64,000 nt of DNA from Chrysomallon squamiferum (Eukaryota; Animalia; Mollusca), in assembly GCA_012295275.1 (NCBI GenBank), contig CM022672.1, positions 6,200,001 to 6,264,000 of the forward strand, read 5' to 3'. The notes below the pieces were generated by a model. It ran no database searches, had not been told where the DNA came from, and saw nothing but the letters and a program-made list of their open reading frames with translations. Numbering within the stretch: the stretch's first letter is position 1; the number at the start of each line of letters is the position of its first letter. Below, in pieces: positions 35,526 through 64,000 of the stretch. The position numbers and the translations under genes were made by a program.

Positions 35526-36003
35526 TTTTTTTTTTTTTTTTTATTATTATTATTATTTTGTTGTTGTTTTTTTGATAGTATAACGTTAGCCGTTATACAT
35601 TTTCGTAAATTTTTCGTAGTATTCAAGTGATTTTAAAATCAAAAATAATTATGTGATATATAATCTGTGCGTTTAAGTTTCAAAATTAGATTTTTCTCTT
35701 CTTTAATACTGCTTAAAAGGCTGGAAAAACCATAGCTTTGTACGTAGATACAGCCACACATACAACACACATAAATATAATTTATGTCAGTAAACAAAAT
35801 AATTTTATAAATAAAGTGTTTAACACATATCTGTAAAATTATTTACTTCATCTTTTGTCTTTTATCATCGGTTTTACTTTTGTAAAACTTCTGGAGCACA
35901 ACGACAGAAAGACATTTTAATATCTAGTAATTAAATATGGATTCAGTTTTGCAATTTTTTTTTTTTTTTTTTAATTTTTTTTTTTTATTTACATTTTTAT
36001 TTA

Positions 36004-36599
36004 CCGTATATACTTGTGTACAAGGCGACCTTATGTATAAGTCGATGTGTATTTTAAGACCAAAAATTGCGTCATTTTAGGTATTACTTGTGTATAAGTT
36101 GACTGTAGATTCCAGGCACCGTTACTTTGTTTTCGATTTGTCGGTAGTGGATATTAATGACGATTGCAATATTATTTCACCAAATTCTTTACAATTACAC
36201 AAGTGAGTTTTGTTTATGAAATTAGGACCGATATTTAGTGCAATTTGGCAGACAACTCTGCATTCCTAGATAATTGCAAGACGCCGTAAGGCATAACGCC
36301 GTACTGACGGTTTTTTCGCTTTAAAATGTATTTTTATGTCATTAAACGGAAGAATATCATGTTTTACATTCATATTTGGTTTTGTTATTTAATTTTTCAA
36401 AAAATTTTATACGATAAAATTATATTTTTGAAAAGCTGAAAGACCGCGATTATTTTAGATGCATCCCGTAGCAAAAAATAGTCAAAATGGCGACTCTTCA
36501 GCAACAGCTACAAAAGCATTACCTATGTATAAGTCGACCCCCAAAGTATTACCTTAATATAGTTTCCCCAAAATTCGACTTATACACAAGTATATACGG
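36004..36599. mobile_element. Tc1/mariner (pogo/Tigger-like) MITE, 596 bp, TA target-site duplication
   Basis: TA|CCGTATATACTTGTGTACAAGGCGA ... TCGACTTATACACAAGTATATACGG|TA gives a 25-bp TIR with 2 mismatches. Subterminal TGTATAAGTCGA repeats at about 36035, 36091 and 36526. No transposase ORF. Confidence 0.92.
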
Positions 36600-37556
36600 T
36601 ATGTTTCACTGTTTGCTTTTTTGTTCCTTTGTTTGTTTTTTATTTGTGATAAAATGATTTGATGCCACCCTCTGAATAGTATGCAGTGTATATAAGTTGT
36701 ATATATACATATAATACGCACGATCATCTTATGTATGTATCTATGTGTGCACTTTGTGTGGGTTAAAATGTGCAGAACATATATTAATGTCATAAAAATA
36801 CCCTAACATTACAGTTAAGTGCTAATTAAGTGAATTTTATTTTAAATCGATAATATGTAAATTAATATTAATTCACACCGATAACTTCAAAAATAAAAAA
36901 TAAAAATTTAAAATTTAAAAATAGCAACGAAAATATAACAGTTGTAAGCTAGAGATAATCAACGGTTTCTGCCATCGTCTAATTTCGTTCAACTTCGTTT
37001 TTACGGGGTATAAATAAGACGTCAACAATGTTTTGACGTCATTTAACAGCAACTCGCGGCTGCGATTCGAGTACATTAAGCGAGGATTAAAGTCCTAAAA
37101 GAAAACTTTTGAAAGGTAAACGTTATATTTCAAAAACTGATAACAAATAATCTTTCAGATAGTTTATAAAGAAAAATTAATGTTAATTTACTGATTACGA
37201 ACACTTTGTGCATGTGAAACTTCTATGAAATAAAAAAACAACAACAAACAAACAACAACAACAAAAAACAACAACATCTGAAAGTGAATTAACAATGTAT
37301 AACAAAGATAATGTAAAAGTATATACATGTGTACGTATATGACACATGTATATACTTTTACATTATCGCGCACACATTTGCCACTACTGATATTAATGTC
37401 AGTAATATGATTTTTTATAAATAAATAAATATTATTTTAAAAGAAAACGACTGTTATATTGTAGAGAAAAAGACCAAGCAAAAGAAAAGAATCACTCAAT
37501 GGTACGTATATACAGACGCATTTTGTATACAACATTATGGGCATACATATAAATAA

Positions 37557-37598
<42 letters not shown>

Positions 37599-37609
37599 AT
37601 TTTAGCATT

Positions 37610-37886
37610 TATTGTAGATATGCATCTTGTGTGTGTATGTAAGTATATAATGTTTATGAGCACCTTGATTATGCAAGCAGGTAGTGAGAGTGGTCATCTT
37701 GTGTTTACTTAGGTTGTATGAGCATCTTGAGTCTATATATACAGTGTGTATGAACATTCTGTGTATATATGTACATAATGTGTTTGAGGATCTTGTGCAC
37801 ATATGTACATAGTGTGTATGATTTTAACCTTTTTATTGGACTGTTAATTAATTTGCAAAAGGGTGTAGTTTGTGTGGACATCTTCT

Positions 37887-37926
<40 letters not shown>

Positions 37927-38090
37927 TACTGGAGACTTGTATATCTACTTACAGTGTGTATGAGCATCCAGTGTATGTAACTATAAAGTCTATATGGGCT
38001 TCTTGTTTATATATGTAGTTTGTATGCTCATGTGTATGTACATAGTATATATGAACATCTTGTGTATATAAGTAGTGTATATAGACATCT

Positions 38091-38131
<41 letters not shown>

Positions 38132-38230
38132 GTACCTGTATGGACTTAATGTTTAGTCCTCTTGTGTTTGCACGTATGTATTGTGTATCAGCATTTTGTT
38201 TTTGTAAGTACATCGTCTGTATAGGCATCA
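37610..38230 (+). repeat. Degenerate ~27-30 bp minisatellite between copies A and B
   Basis: Many units resembling agtgtgtatgagcatcttgtgtatatat, interleaved with (TG)n and (TA)n. Confidence 0.75.
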
Positions 38231-38831
38231 TGTGTGTTTGTCTATATACATGCACTCACATGCATATATACATATGTATATGAAGATAAAGGTTTATAAA
38301 AAGACAACAAATTTTTGAATATGTAACAACAACTTTATTTAAGGAGATGACAACTTTACTGATTTAGCAAAAAAAGAAAAAACATAATTTTAATATAATA
38401 ATAATAATAATAACTTTATTTAATAATGGTGACATGTTAATCATTTTAGCAAAAACACAACAACAATATATATGCATGTTATGTGTGCTTATGTATATTA
38501 ATATTATTGTTATTTAATAAGAGACTAAAAAATACATTTATAATGAAACATTTAAACAATGAAAAAAATTTGAAAATACTGAAGATACTCAGCATTAATT
38601 AATGTAATTAATTAATTAATAATTTAGAAAAATATGGTTGGATATAAAAATAACCCATATTAAATATCTTGTGTAAAAATAACTGTCACAACACAAAATC
38701 TAATAACAACTTCATCCACTTTTAGTATACTATTAATACACTAATGATGTCAACAAAATTTAAACCAATAAATAAATAAATAAATAATAAGTAAATAAGT
38801 AAATACATAAATACAAAAAATAAACAGTAAG

Positions 38832-38862
<31 letters not shown>

Positions 38863-38999
38863 AATGAAATAACTCTATTTGGTTTGAATAACTGTACTGA
38901 GTAATTTGTAAGACTATTCGTATAAAAATAAAATCTTGTTAAAATGAAATTTCTTTGAAGTTTGAATCAAATATTTGGCACTTTTCTTTCATTTTGTAT

Positions 39000-55080
<16,081 letters not shown>

Positions 55081-55403
55081 TTTGTTTCTTTTGCGTTTTC
55101 TTCTAGTAGTGCGTTATTAATTATATAATTCTGACATCTTACCAAACCAAGCTCTATTATTATCGTCTGCTTTCAAAGGTCAATCTACGTCAGAGGAACT
55201 GTGGTCATTCGAACTTTTATAACTATTCATATTAAACTTAAAGTAAAATAGATGTAGATCGACAAATATATATACATATATTTTTATTTCGTTTATTTGG
55301 TTTTTCTTTGGCCATTTGCAAATAAAACATGACTCTGTTTATAGTGTTTAGATTTATTTCAAAATTATGACCTTATTTATTTTCAAAAATACCCATTTGT
55401 TTT

Positions 55404-55434
<31 letters not shown>

Positions 55435-55973
55435 GGAATTTTCAAATAAAATAATCACAAATATTTACAATTTAAACTAGACAACATATATTTTTATTTG
55501 GATAACTGTAATATACAAAAACTACGGTGTTTCTGAATAAGTATTTTTAATTAACCACATCATAAAAATATACACTTGAGTAAGAGAAGAAAATGGCTTA
55601 AGCCATGAAGAAAATGTCAATATTATTTGATAACTACTCTTCACTAACTGTTAGAAATAATAAGTGAATTTAGCGTGAAATTAGCAAACGATATTGGATA
55701 TTAATAATTAGGTTTTGATAACAAAGTTTATTACTAATATTTATATATGTGTAATTAATTATAAAATAGTGATATATTTAAAAAATGATTGATTACTATT
55801 GTATAAGCATATATATTGCTGACGACTGATAACCACTGACTGCATTTCTCAAAATGGCCGCCATTAAATCTTAATTTTATGCCGACACCATATCAAGTAT
55901 TATTCAGTTTAGGAATTTCATTTTAGTTTATATTACTAATTTTATTTATTTCTTTATTTATTTATTTATTTAT

Positions 55974-56013
<40 letters not shown>

Positions 56014-57931
56014 TTATGCAAGATTCAAATTAAAACATTTTTTGTACATGCATAATCAGAGAAATAATATGCAACTGTACAGATGTAAACTTTAGTAATA
56101 TAAATTGTTTTTATTTTTTCAAATTTTGTTTACGAAAAAGTTGTTATCTAATTTAAGTAATTAAGCATATTTAAATGTGGTAGGAATTAAAAGAATATAG
56201 ATTGCTTTTGGAAAATATATTCAGTAATAGCGAATATACTTTTTATTAAAAAAAAACAAAACAACAATAATGATGATGATGACAATAATAATAATAATAA
56301 TAATAATAGTAATAATGTATATGTTAGAGGCTCTTTGTCTGCTTCAAAATTCACTTATTAAATATATGAACTGGTAGATTTTATATGATGACTTTCCAAA
56401 ACTTCAGATTTGTGTAAATTAACTAACATACACAAAATAAAGAACAACAGATAAATTTTATTTACATAAACATTAATATTAAAATTAAAATAATATTTAC
56501 AAAGATATTTATAATAAAGGCCCCTAATGGATGAATATAATATGCAATAAACTTAACAGTAACTTTGGTGAATACATTCAGATCTATATGAACTTCTACA
56601 ATGTATGCCAAATTAGGGATATTTTGACAAAAATGTTTTATATTTCTGTTCTGTAAAAAAATAAATAATAATAAAAAAAATACTTTTTTATGCAGTTGTA
56701 AAAATAGCAATGTTGTTAAATATATCTATTACAGTATTCTTTCAAAAGTAAAATCACTTGCTAATCAATACAACAAACAATTTTTCTGATTTTATAATTC
56801 ATCCTCAACATATACTTTACATTACAAAATAATTTTTATTCAATACAAAATTTTTGATATAGTATAATTGCTGCTGCTAATTTACAGAATATATATATAT
56901 ATATATATAAATAAATAAGAGGAAATACAATTTCATCTAAGAATATATAAAATATTTTTAGTTAGTAAAAATTGTTCCATTTGAAACAAATATCAATGCC
57001 AAGTATATATGCATATGAAAGTAAAAATGATGATCAATTTCAATAAATACAATGAAAAAGCTAAATAACAATGATAAAACAATATATATATCACAACTTT
57101 CATGATTTGTAACAAGAAATATTAGAAAATCAACAATGTTTTACAAATTTGTTTTTTTTAAAGTAATATTAATAATTATAAAAATTAAAAGTATATTTAA
57201 AAAATTTATAAAATATATTTATTCAAACAAAAAAAACAACACTTTCATAACAGTAAGAAATAATATTTATATTTTGCAATATAACAAATGCAATGTTACA
57301 GTATCAAAAACAATCTGCATAAAATATTGTAAATTTTCATCTTATCAGTAGTGATTAAGTAAATATTGTTTCAAATTACAGTAAGGTTATATAACATATT
57401 ACAAATTAATTTGTTTTTAATTTATGATTTTGTCCTAAACATAAAAAAAAATACAAAAGGCACAAATTTTGACAATAAAAATATATTTTAACTTAAAAGC
57501 CATCACAAAAACCAGCACGTTCACATTTCATGGAAAAATATAAAAGTTTTGGTGAAAATCAATTTACAAATGGTTATTCAGTTGCTAAAAAAATTTAACT
57601 TCCTACAGCACCAAGACTTTATAAAAGAAACACAGTATAAAATTATAAAGATTTAACTACCAAAAGTGATAAAATATTCCCACATTTGCTTTACATACAA
57701 ATTTGTATCTGCAGTGTATATTTTATTTCAAATATCTAACACTAAAATCCAAAACAATAACTTTGTGACTGTTAGACATTAATTTATAAAGCTGTTTAAT
57801 TATTGATGACTTGTTAAATAACAGTCAGCAGACTACAAGAAGCAAGTACAACGCTAAACTTTATTATCATTATTGTTATTGCTTATTACTATTATTATTA
57901 TTATTATTATTATTACTACTATTACTATTGC

Positions 57932-57965
<34 letters not shown>

Positions 57966-58479
57966 TGCTTATTATTATTATTATTATTATTATTATTTGT
58001 TACGCCATGATTGGATTGCATTATATCACATACATAAGATCAAAAACAATAATAAAATAACAATAATAATAAGATATATATATATATAAAACAAACCTCA
58101 GAGGGTGTATCTACAAAAATGTCCATGGCAAGCAGTACAATTCAGCCACTTTCCAGACAATTGACACCAGTTTTTAAAATAACTTTAAAATAATAAAAAC
58201 AATTCCCACCTTTCAGCACCCCACATACGTGGCATCCATAGCTTATGCCACACACACCACACATACCATACTTTAAAATCACAACCTTTAATATCTTTGT
58301 CTCTATAATTAGGCTATCCAAGAGTCAAAATATTAACTACTAATGTAGAAAATCAAGTTTCAGTTCTTATTTCATTTTTGTCAAAATGTCTTCTGTGGTA
58401 TGAACTGTCCAAATATCACAAATTCTTTCTTTGGCTTCTGTAATCTTGTGGCAAGAAATGATGAAATGATGTATAAGTA

Positions 58480-59701
58480 TCACTGTTTGCCTGGTGGCTC
58501 TTTAAATGTATTGTTCTTGTTTAGTAAAGACATCATGCTTTTGCTCATGAAGTATGGCTTCTCTGGACTTCCGTCATGTTTCTCCAAATCTTCCACTATA
58601 AATGATAAAAATTACAATAATGATGACAGAATTTAAAAGAATGCGTGTGTATGTTTGTGTGTGTGTGTGTGTATGATGTGATGTGATGTGATGTGAATTT
58701 CATGGTTTATCATTGATCAGTTACCAGGAAGAAAACCATCACAAGGAATAAATGTTACTTTGTCATTAAATGATTAAATGACAGATATAAAGCAATATCT
58801 AGCATATATATAAAATATATTTAGGCTGGTTTAGTTGTTTGTGTACAGATATTAAAATAGTAAAATGGTAATACTCACAGAAACAAAGATAAAGAGTGGC
58901 CACTGCCATGCTGTACACACTGAAGAATGCACATGATACGAGATATGCAGCTATAGTCAAAATCTAAAAAATAATAATAATAATAACATTAACAATAACA
59001 ATAATAATAATAATAAATACACATATTACTATGATTGGGTGCCAGGTAATAGTTTAATTGTACAATGTAACATGTAATGTACTATGACTAGTGTCAGTAA
59101 TAGTTTAGTTGTGGAATGCAACATGTAACTTACTATGACTGGTGTCAGGTAATAGTTTAGTTGTGGAATGTAACTAGTGAATATTGGAATCTGTCCTTGA
59201 AACCAGAAAAATGAGGCAGTAACTGAAAATAAACATTTATGAAAGTTTATAAATTGCTATCTTTAGAAAAACAAGATTTAACAATAAAACAAACAGAGAA
59301 AAATAATGTCTTATTTTAAAATATTTTTAAATTTATAATAATTTTTTTATTTTTACATTAAAAAACAAACAACCATAGGTATAAAGAAACAAACATCCAT
59401 TTTATTACAATATTTTATCACTATCTGACAACTGAAAATAAATATCTGGAAAAATACAAAATGTAGTTAAATAACATAGAAAACAGCTGTGTGTAGCTAA
59501 CAAAATTATTTAATTCAGAAATACTTACAAACGGCAGCTGTCACTAAAAGTTTGCTAAGAAAAAGAACAAAGTCTGTTGTCTTGTCCAACACGACAGTCC
59601 TGAAATAAGAAAAAATATGAATGTTAAAAAAGAGAGATAACTTTTTGTTTTCTTTTTTTTACTATATCACAATGTTATCAAAAAAATAATAATAATCATA
59701 A

Positions 59702-59732
<31 letters not shown>

Positions 59733-59841
59733 CAATATTCAGTTCAATTCATTTTCTTCTTAAGATATCAATGAAATAGTTCAGTATCAGTAACTTGAAA
59801 ATACATAGCCAAACCTACTCAAGTGAATAATAATGATGATG

Positions 59842-59896
<55 letters not shown>

Positions 59897-60471
59897 TAGT
59901 AATAACAATAACAATAACAATAAAAACACCATCAGTAATCCATTCCTTCCACTAACATACATTTATACAAGTATAGATTAAAAAAAAGAAAAAAGTTAAG
60001 AAACTTAAAATAAAATGAGTATTTCTTCTCTGTATATTTGAATACTTTAAACTGAGCTAAATTATTAAATTTACTTAACTTCCTTTTTTCCTTTACAGCT
60101 TACAATATATTTTAATCAACTGGATTTTCACCATTTTCATATTTCTGTTGATAGTTAAATATGATTAAATGTCAAAGTATCTTACCTAATAATGTTTCTC
60201 ATAATAAGGAAGAAGGCATCCTTAGCAGAAACACAGAAATTTTTTCCATACACAGCAATCTAAAACAAACAAAAAATGGATTCAGGAATGCATGACCATA
60301 ACTACACTGAGGCAAATGAGGCAAATACCTCATACCGAAATTGTGATATTTTTATTTTTATTTTTTATTTTATTTTATTTAAAAATTATTAAATATAAAC
60401 CATTATTTTATTTTATTTAAAAATTATTAATTATAAACCACTATTCCAACTGAAATGATAAAAAATAATAA

Positions 60472-60505
<34 letters not shown>

Positions 60506-63388
60506 TTAATAATAATAATAATAAATCTAAAATAATAAAAGACCCTTACCAGAATATATGCATTCTTGTTTAAGAATTTCATGAACTTTTCAAGACAGTA
60601 AAAACAACATTTAAGGCATCTGCAAAAAGGAAATGTAGAGTTAATAATTTTAATACCAGTTTTAAAAGAGTTGAATTATATATTTTTATTTTATTTATAT
60701 AAATGGGGGAAAATACAATAACAATATGAATTTTATTCACATGCTTATGGGAATACCTAAACAAATTGCGGCCTTACATTAGTATACTGTCAAGTGACAA
60801 ACAAACTGAGTCCGAGTAAATAATTAAAAAATTACTATAGCATCAATCTGTTGGGAAATTTTGTACATATCAGAATAACGTTACCCTAAAAGAAAGACAA
60901 TTCAGCTTCCAAACATCTTTATGGTAGGAAGGCAGTTCCTTAGTTATGTTGGTTGATACGCAGTTTTTGTTACTTTTTTATTCAAATATTTTTTATTGGT
61001 AAAGACATTGCCAGCAGAAACAAAAATAATTACTTTAAAATATTCATGAAAATGATTGAATAAATATATATTCTGTTAGCATTACTAATTATAAATTGCT
61101 CAAATAAAAACGTAATTTTAAATATTTAAATCCAGTATATAGGTTTATAAAATAAATTCTAATTATGTTAACAACCATGCATGTGAAATTAAATTTTAAA
61201 ACTGTCACTAACTTTAAAAAGAATCTTGCCACCACATTTTCTGATCCTTTCAGCTTCTGGTCTAAATACTCGAGAAATAGTCTTATCATCTGAATGATTG
61301 CAATGATAAGGGAACCAAAAGCGAGTGATCCTAAATGATATCTGAAAAATATAATGCATAAATATAATGTTAAAGAACAAAGAGACATAATTATATAATC
61401 AACAGCAAATTTAAACATTTGTATGTTTGTAATGTTTGATGGTGTATGAATGAATGTTTAAAAAATTATAAAATAATATTTGTTATGTACTTTAAACTTC
61501 AGCATCCCACTTCAACACCTTCATTCATATAAATACATAATAAACACAGTCAAACTTTGAAAAAAAAAGAAAAATGAGCCCATAACTTATATTTTAATAT
61601 TCTGATATTTACAGAATGGCTTTTTATCATAAAACTAACACAAAGTAGTTAGAAAATAAAGCTAACTCAACCCTTCTAAACACCTACATAAATCAGCCAA
61701 TCAAAATTGAGCAAGTATTCAGCTTGGAATAGTTCTGATGTTCTCAAACATACCTTAAGGCTCTCCATAATGAGGCTGCCAGTGGGAATGCTGGGATATC
61801 TTTTGGTTTTTCATAGGCCCAGTAATAAGAGGCAAAAGCTCCAGCCAACACCATCTGGCCCAGTGCAAGTATAAAATTGAGGACCCATAGAAACATGAAC
61901 AGCATGTAAATCTGAATAAATATGGTGTACCTGTAAAAAAAAAAAAATATAAATATATATATATTTATTTATTTAAATAGGAAGATGAGTGAAAAGAAAT
62001 TTGTTATATCAATTTTTAAGAAAAAACGTATTTTACATTTTATATGACAAATTTGGTCACTAAGTGGTATTTGAAAAAGATCATTTAATGCTAATAAAAT
62101 AAATAATAAAAAATGTGTTGTTATCAGAACGATGTTACTGTTAGATTTATTTTGTCACTTTCATTTTTAATATATGTGTGTTTTATATAAGGTATGTATG
62201 TATGTGTGTGCATGTGTGTATGTATGTTTATGTATGTATGTGTGTATATATGTCTGTATGTATGTATGTATTAAAGAAACACCCAAGACTGATCCAGCAA
62301 ACAAACTGATATCAGGCCAGAGCTCTGTTAGATAAATTATAGTCCAGTCATCTTTTGAAATATGTAAATAATTTATAAGTAAAAAAGTAAAAAATATTTA
62401 ACTGAATATTCTCCACAGACATTACTTACTCATTGCCTCCATATTTGACAAATTCACAGATAGAGTTTAGTGTGGTTGTGCTCTGAAATCATAAAAGTAA
62501 CATGTTGAATACTCCGAGAAAAATTATAACAACAAAAAATGTTTTAAGTGATATTCAAATACAGAATTAATTTTTAACAATTGTTTCATAATACTAAATA
62601 TAATTTTTCTTGTAGATATGTAATTGTATTTAAGTATCATAAATACTAATGAATTAATTTTAAACAAATATTCTTAACATCAAATTTAAATTTGGCAGTC
62701 TTTTGATATAAAATTGTTTTTACAAAATATCTAATTAATTCAAATATTAAATATAAATAATTTCATTTTGAATGTCGTTTAATGACATTCAAGTTATATA
62801 AATTAAAAATTAATTTTTAAATTTTTTATATTCATTTTCAAAAATGTAAATATGAAATAAAATCTGAGCATTTAGTAATATTCAAGCAATGTAAACAGAA
62901 TATGACAAACTACTATTTTTTAAATATTAATTCAATACACAATTAACATTAAACAATTATTTATAAATTTTCCGTTACCATAAAAACAAAATAATTATTT
63001 ATAAATTTTCCGTTACCATAAAAACAAAATAATTTATTTTCTACTGAAATATTAGATACTGAGCTAACAACAAATATTTAATAATACTGACTGTAGTATT
63101 AAATATAAAAATACCATTACATACGCATATAAAACTAACACATACTTTGATCAATGAATTTCTGTCAAAAAATAGTTACTATAAAAACAAAATAATTTTT
63201 TACAATCATTTAAGAATATTCAAATACAAGATACTGAACTCAGAAGAAATATTTAGTAATGCAAAATATAAAATTAAGAACTTACATTTGGTGTACAAGA
63301 TATTCTGTTTAGTACGTAGTTAACCCCATCTGATGACGTGTTGACTGGGGCGGAGTAATACTGTGCATCTCCCATTGACGCCACATAA
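58480..63388 (-). CDS. Choline transporter-like protein, copy C; last 10 coding exons (5' part lies beyond the window)
   Basis: Exons 63388-63286, 62482-62430, 61930-61754, 61341-61213, 60619-60550, 60259-60186, 59599-59529, 59222-59134, 58963-58879, 58595-58480 splice in frame. Motifs [76 protein letters not shown]. Stop TGA at 58482-58480. Confidence 0.93.
59023..59180. repeat. Three ~50-55 bp tandem copies of an exon end plus donor site (copy C)
   Basis: Minus strand: CATTCCACAACTAAACTATTACCTGACACCAGTCATA|GTAAGT, then CATTCCACAACTAAACTATTACTGACACTAGTCATA|GTACAT, then CATTGTACAATTAAACTATTACCTGGCACCCAATCATA|GTAATA. Confidence 0.9.
60291..60460 (+). mobile_element. Fragment of the 14171/20290 MITE-like family (copy 3)
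   Basis: catgaccataactacactgaggcaaatgaggcaaatacctcataccgaaattg...ctattccaactgaaatgata matches 14171-14330. Confidence 0.7.
62956..63033 (+). repeat. ~38-bp direct tandem duplication
   Basis: aattatttataaattttccgttaccataaaaacaaaat occurs twice, adjacent. Confidence 0.9.
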
Positions 63389-63410
63389 CTTACACAGAGA
63401 GTTAAAGAAA
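63389..63410 (-). other. 3' end (branch site and acceptor) of the U12-type intron of copy C
   Basis: ATTTCTTTAACTCTCTGTGTAAG|TTATGTG at the same codon position as the U12 introns of copies A and B. The donor lies outside the window. Confidence 0.8.
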
Positions 63411-63773
63411 TTACTACGCAATCTGATGTCTTAAAAACTTTTATAACATTATTTTATCTCCCAATTTTTTTTTTTTTTTTTTTTAATAGATCAGGAAAAG
63501 CTATGATTTGCACGCTATATATTTTCTTTAACTTACTTACTTATTTATTTATTTATTTATTTATTATTTTACTTTTATTTTATTTTATTTTTTTTCATAG
63601 TGAAGCTATCATTAACAGTTATTTAAGCATTGACTGGTTTGTGAATAATTATGCTCAAGTTTTGTAATGTTTGTGTGTGTGTGTCTACGTATCTGTCTGT
63701 CTGTATGTATGTACATACAAACATTATATGAATGTATATATTATGTATGCAGTTAATCCTAATTCTTTAAATA

Positions 63774-63810
<37 letters not shown>

Positions 63811-64000
63811 ATACTGTTATTATTAAAACACAGTGAAAACAAAATAAAAAAATAGAAAATATGTGCTACTAGGATAGCATTTAATAACAAATTAATTAAT
63901 TAATTAATGTGTATATGTGTGTGTTTGTATATGTACAATAAAACTAACACATACTTTGACTAAACAGTCTACGTCAAAAAGACTTAATTTCTCAAGACAC

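Noticed and set aside
58415-58480. Stop-codon readthrough or extra exon after the copy C TGA
   Set aside because: The context TGA-TAC is not the leaky TGA-CTA type and the downstream frame is short and unremarkable.

Overview
AT-rich, microsatellite-dense animal genomic DNA with spliceosomal introns. It is probably a mollusc (gastropod); this is an inference from gene structure and repeat style. Hand-splicing gives six genes. In order: the last coding exon of a glutaredoxin (+); a complete 8-exon EXOSC2/RRP4 (-, 293 aa); a head-to-head 4-exon TMEM141-like gene (+, 119 aa); and a tandem array of three choline-transporter-like SLC44A2/4/5-type genes on the minus strand. Copy A spans 12945-35230 (23 exons, 726 aa), copy B spans 39000-55080 (22 exons, 719 aa, strongly divergent), and copy C runs from 58480 past the window end (last 10 exons only). 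Notable signals: four U12-type minor introns, precise loss of one intron in copy B, and complementary loss of conserved motifs among the paralogues. There are also tandem repeats built from exon/intron junctions that create decoy or alternative splice sites, candidate alternative first exons and poison exons, several MITE and SINE-like relics, and a gene neighbourhood resembling the ancestral MHC-paralogon linkage group. Most ORF-track entries are microsatellite or AT-rich artefacts, or single exons. I found no prokaryotic-type system, CRISPR array, tRNA or rRNA.
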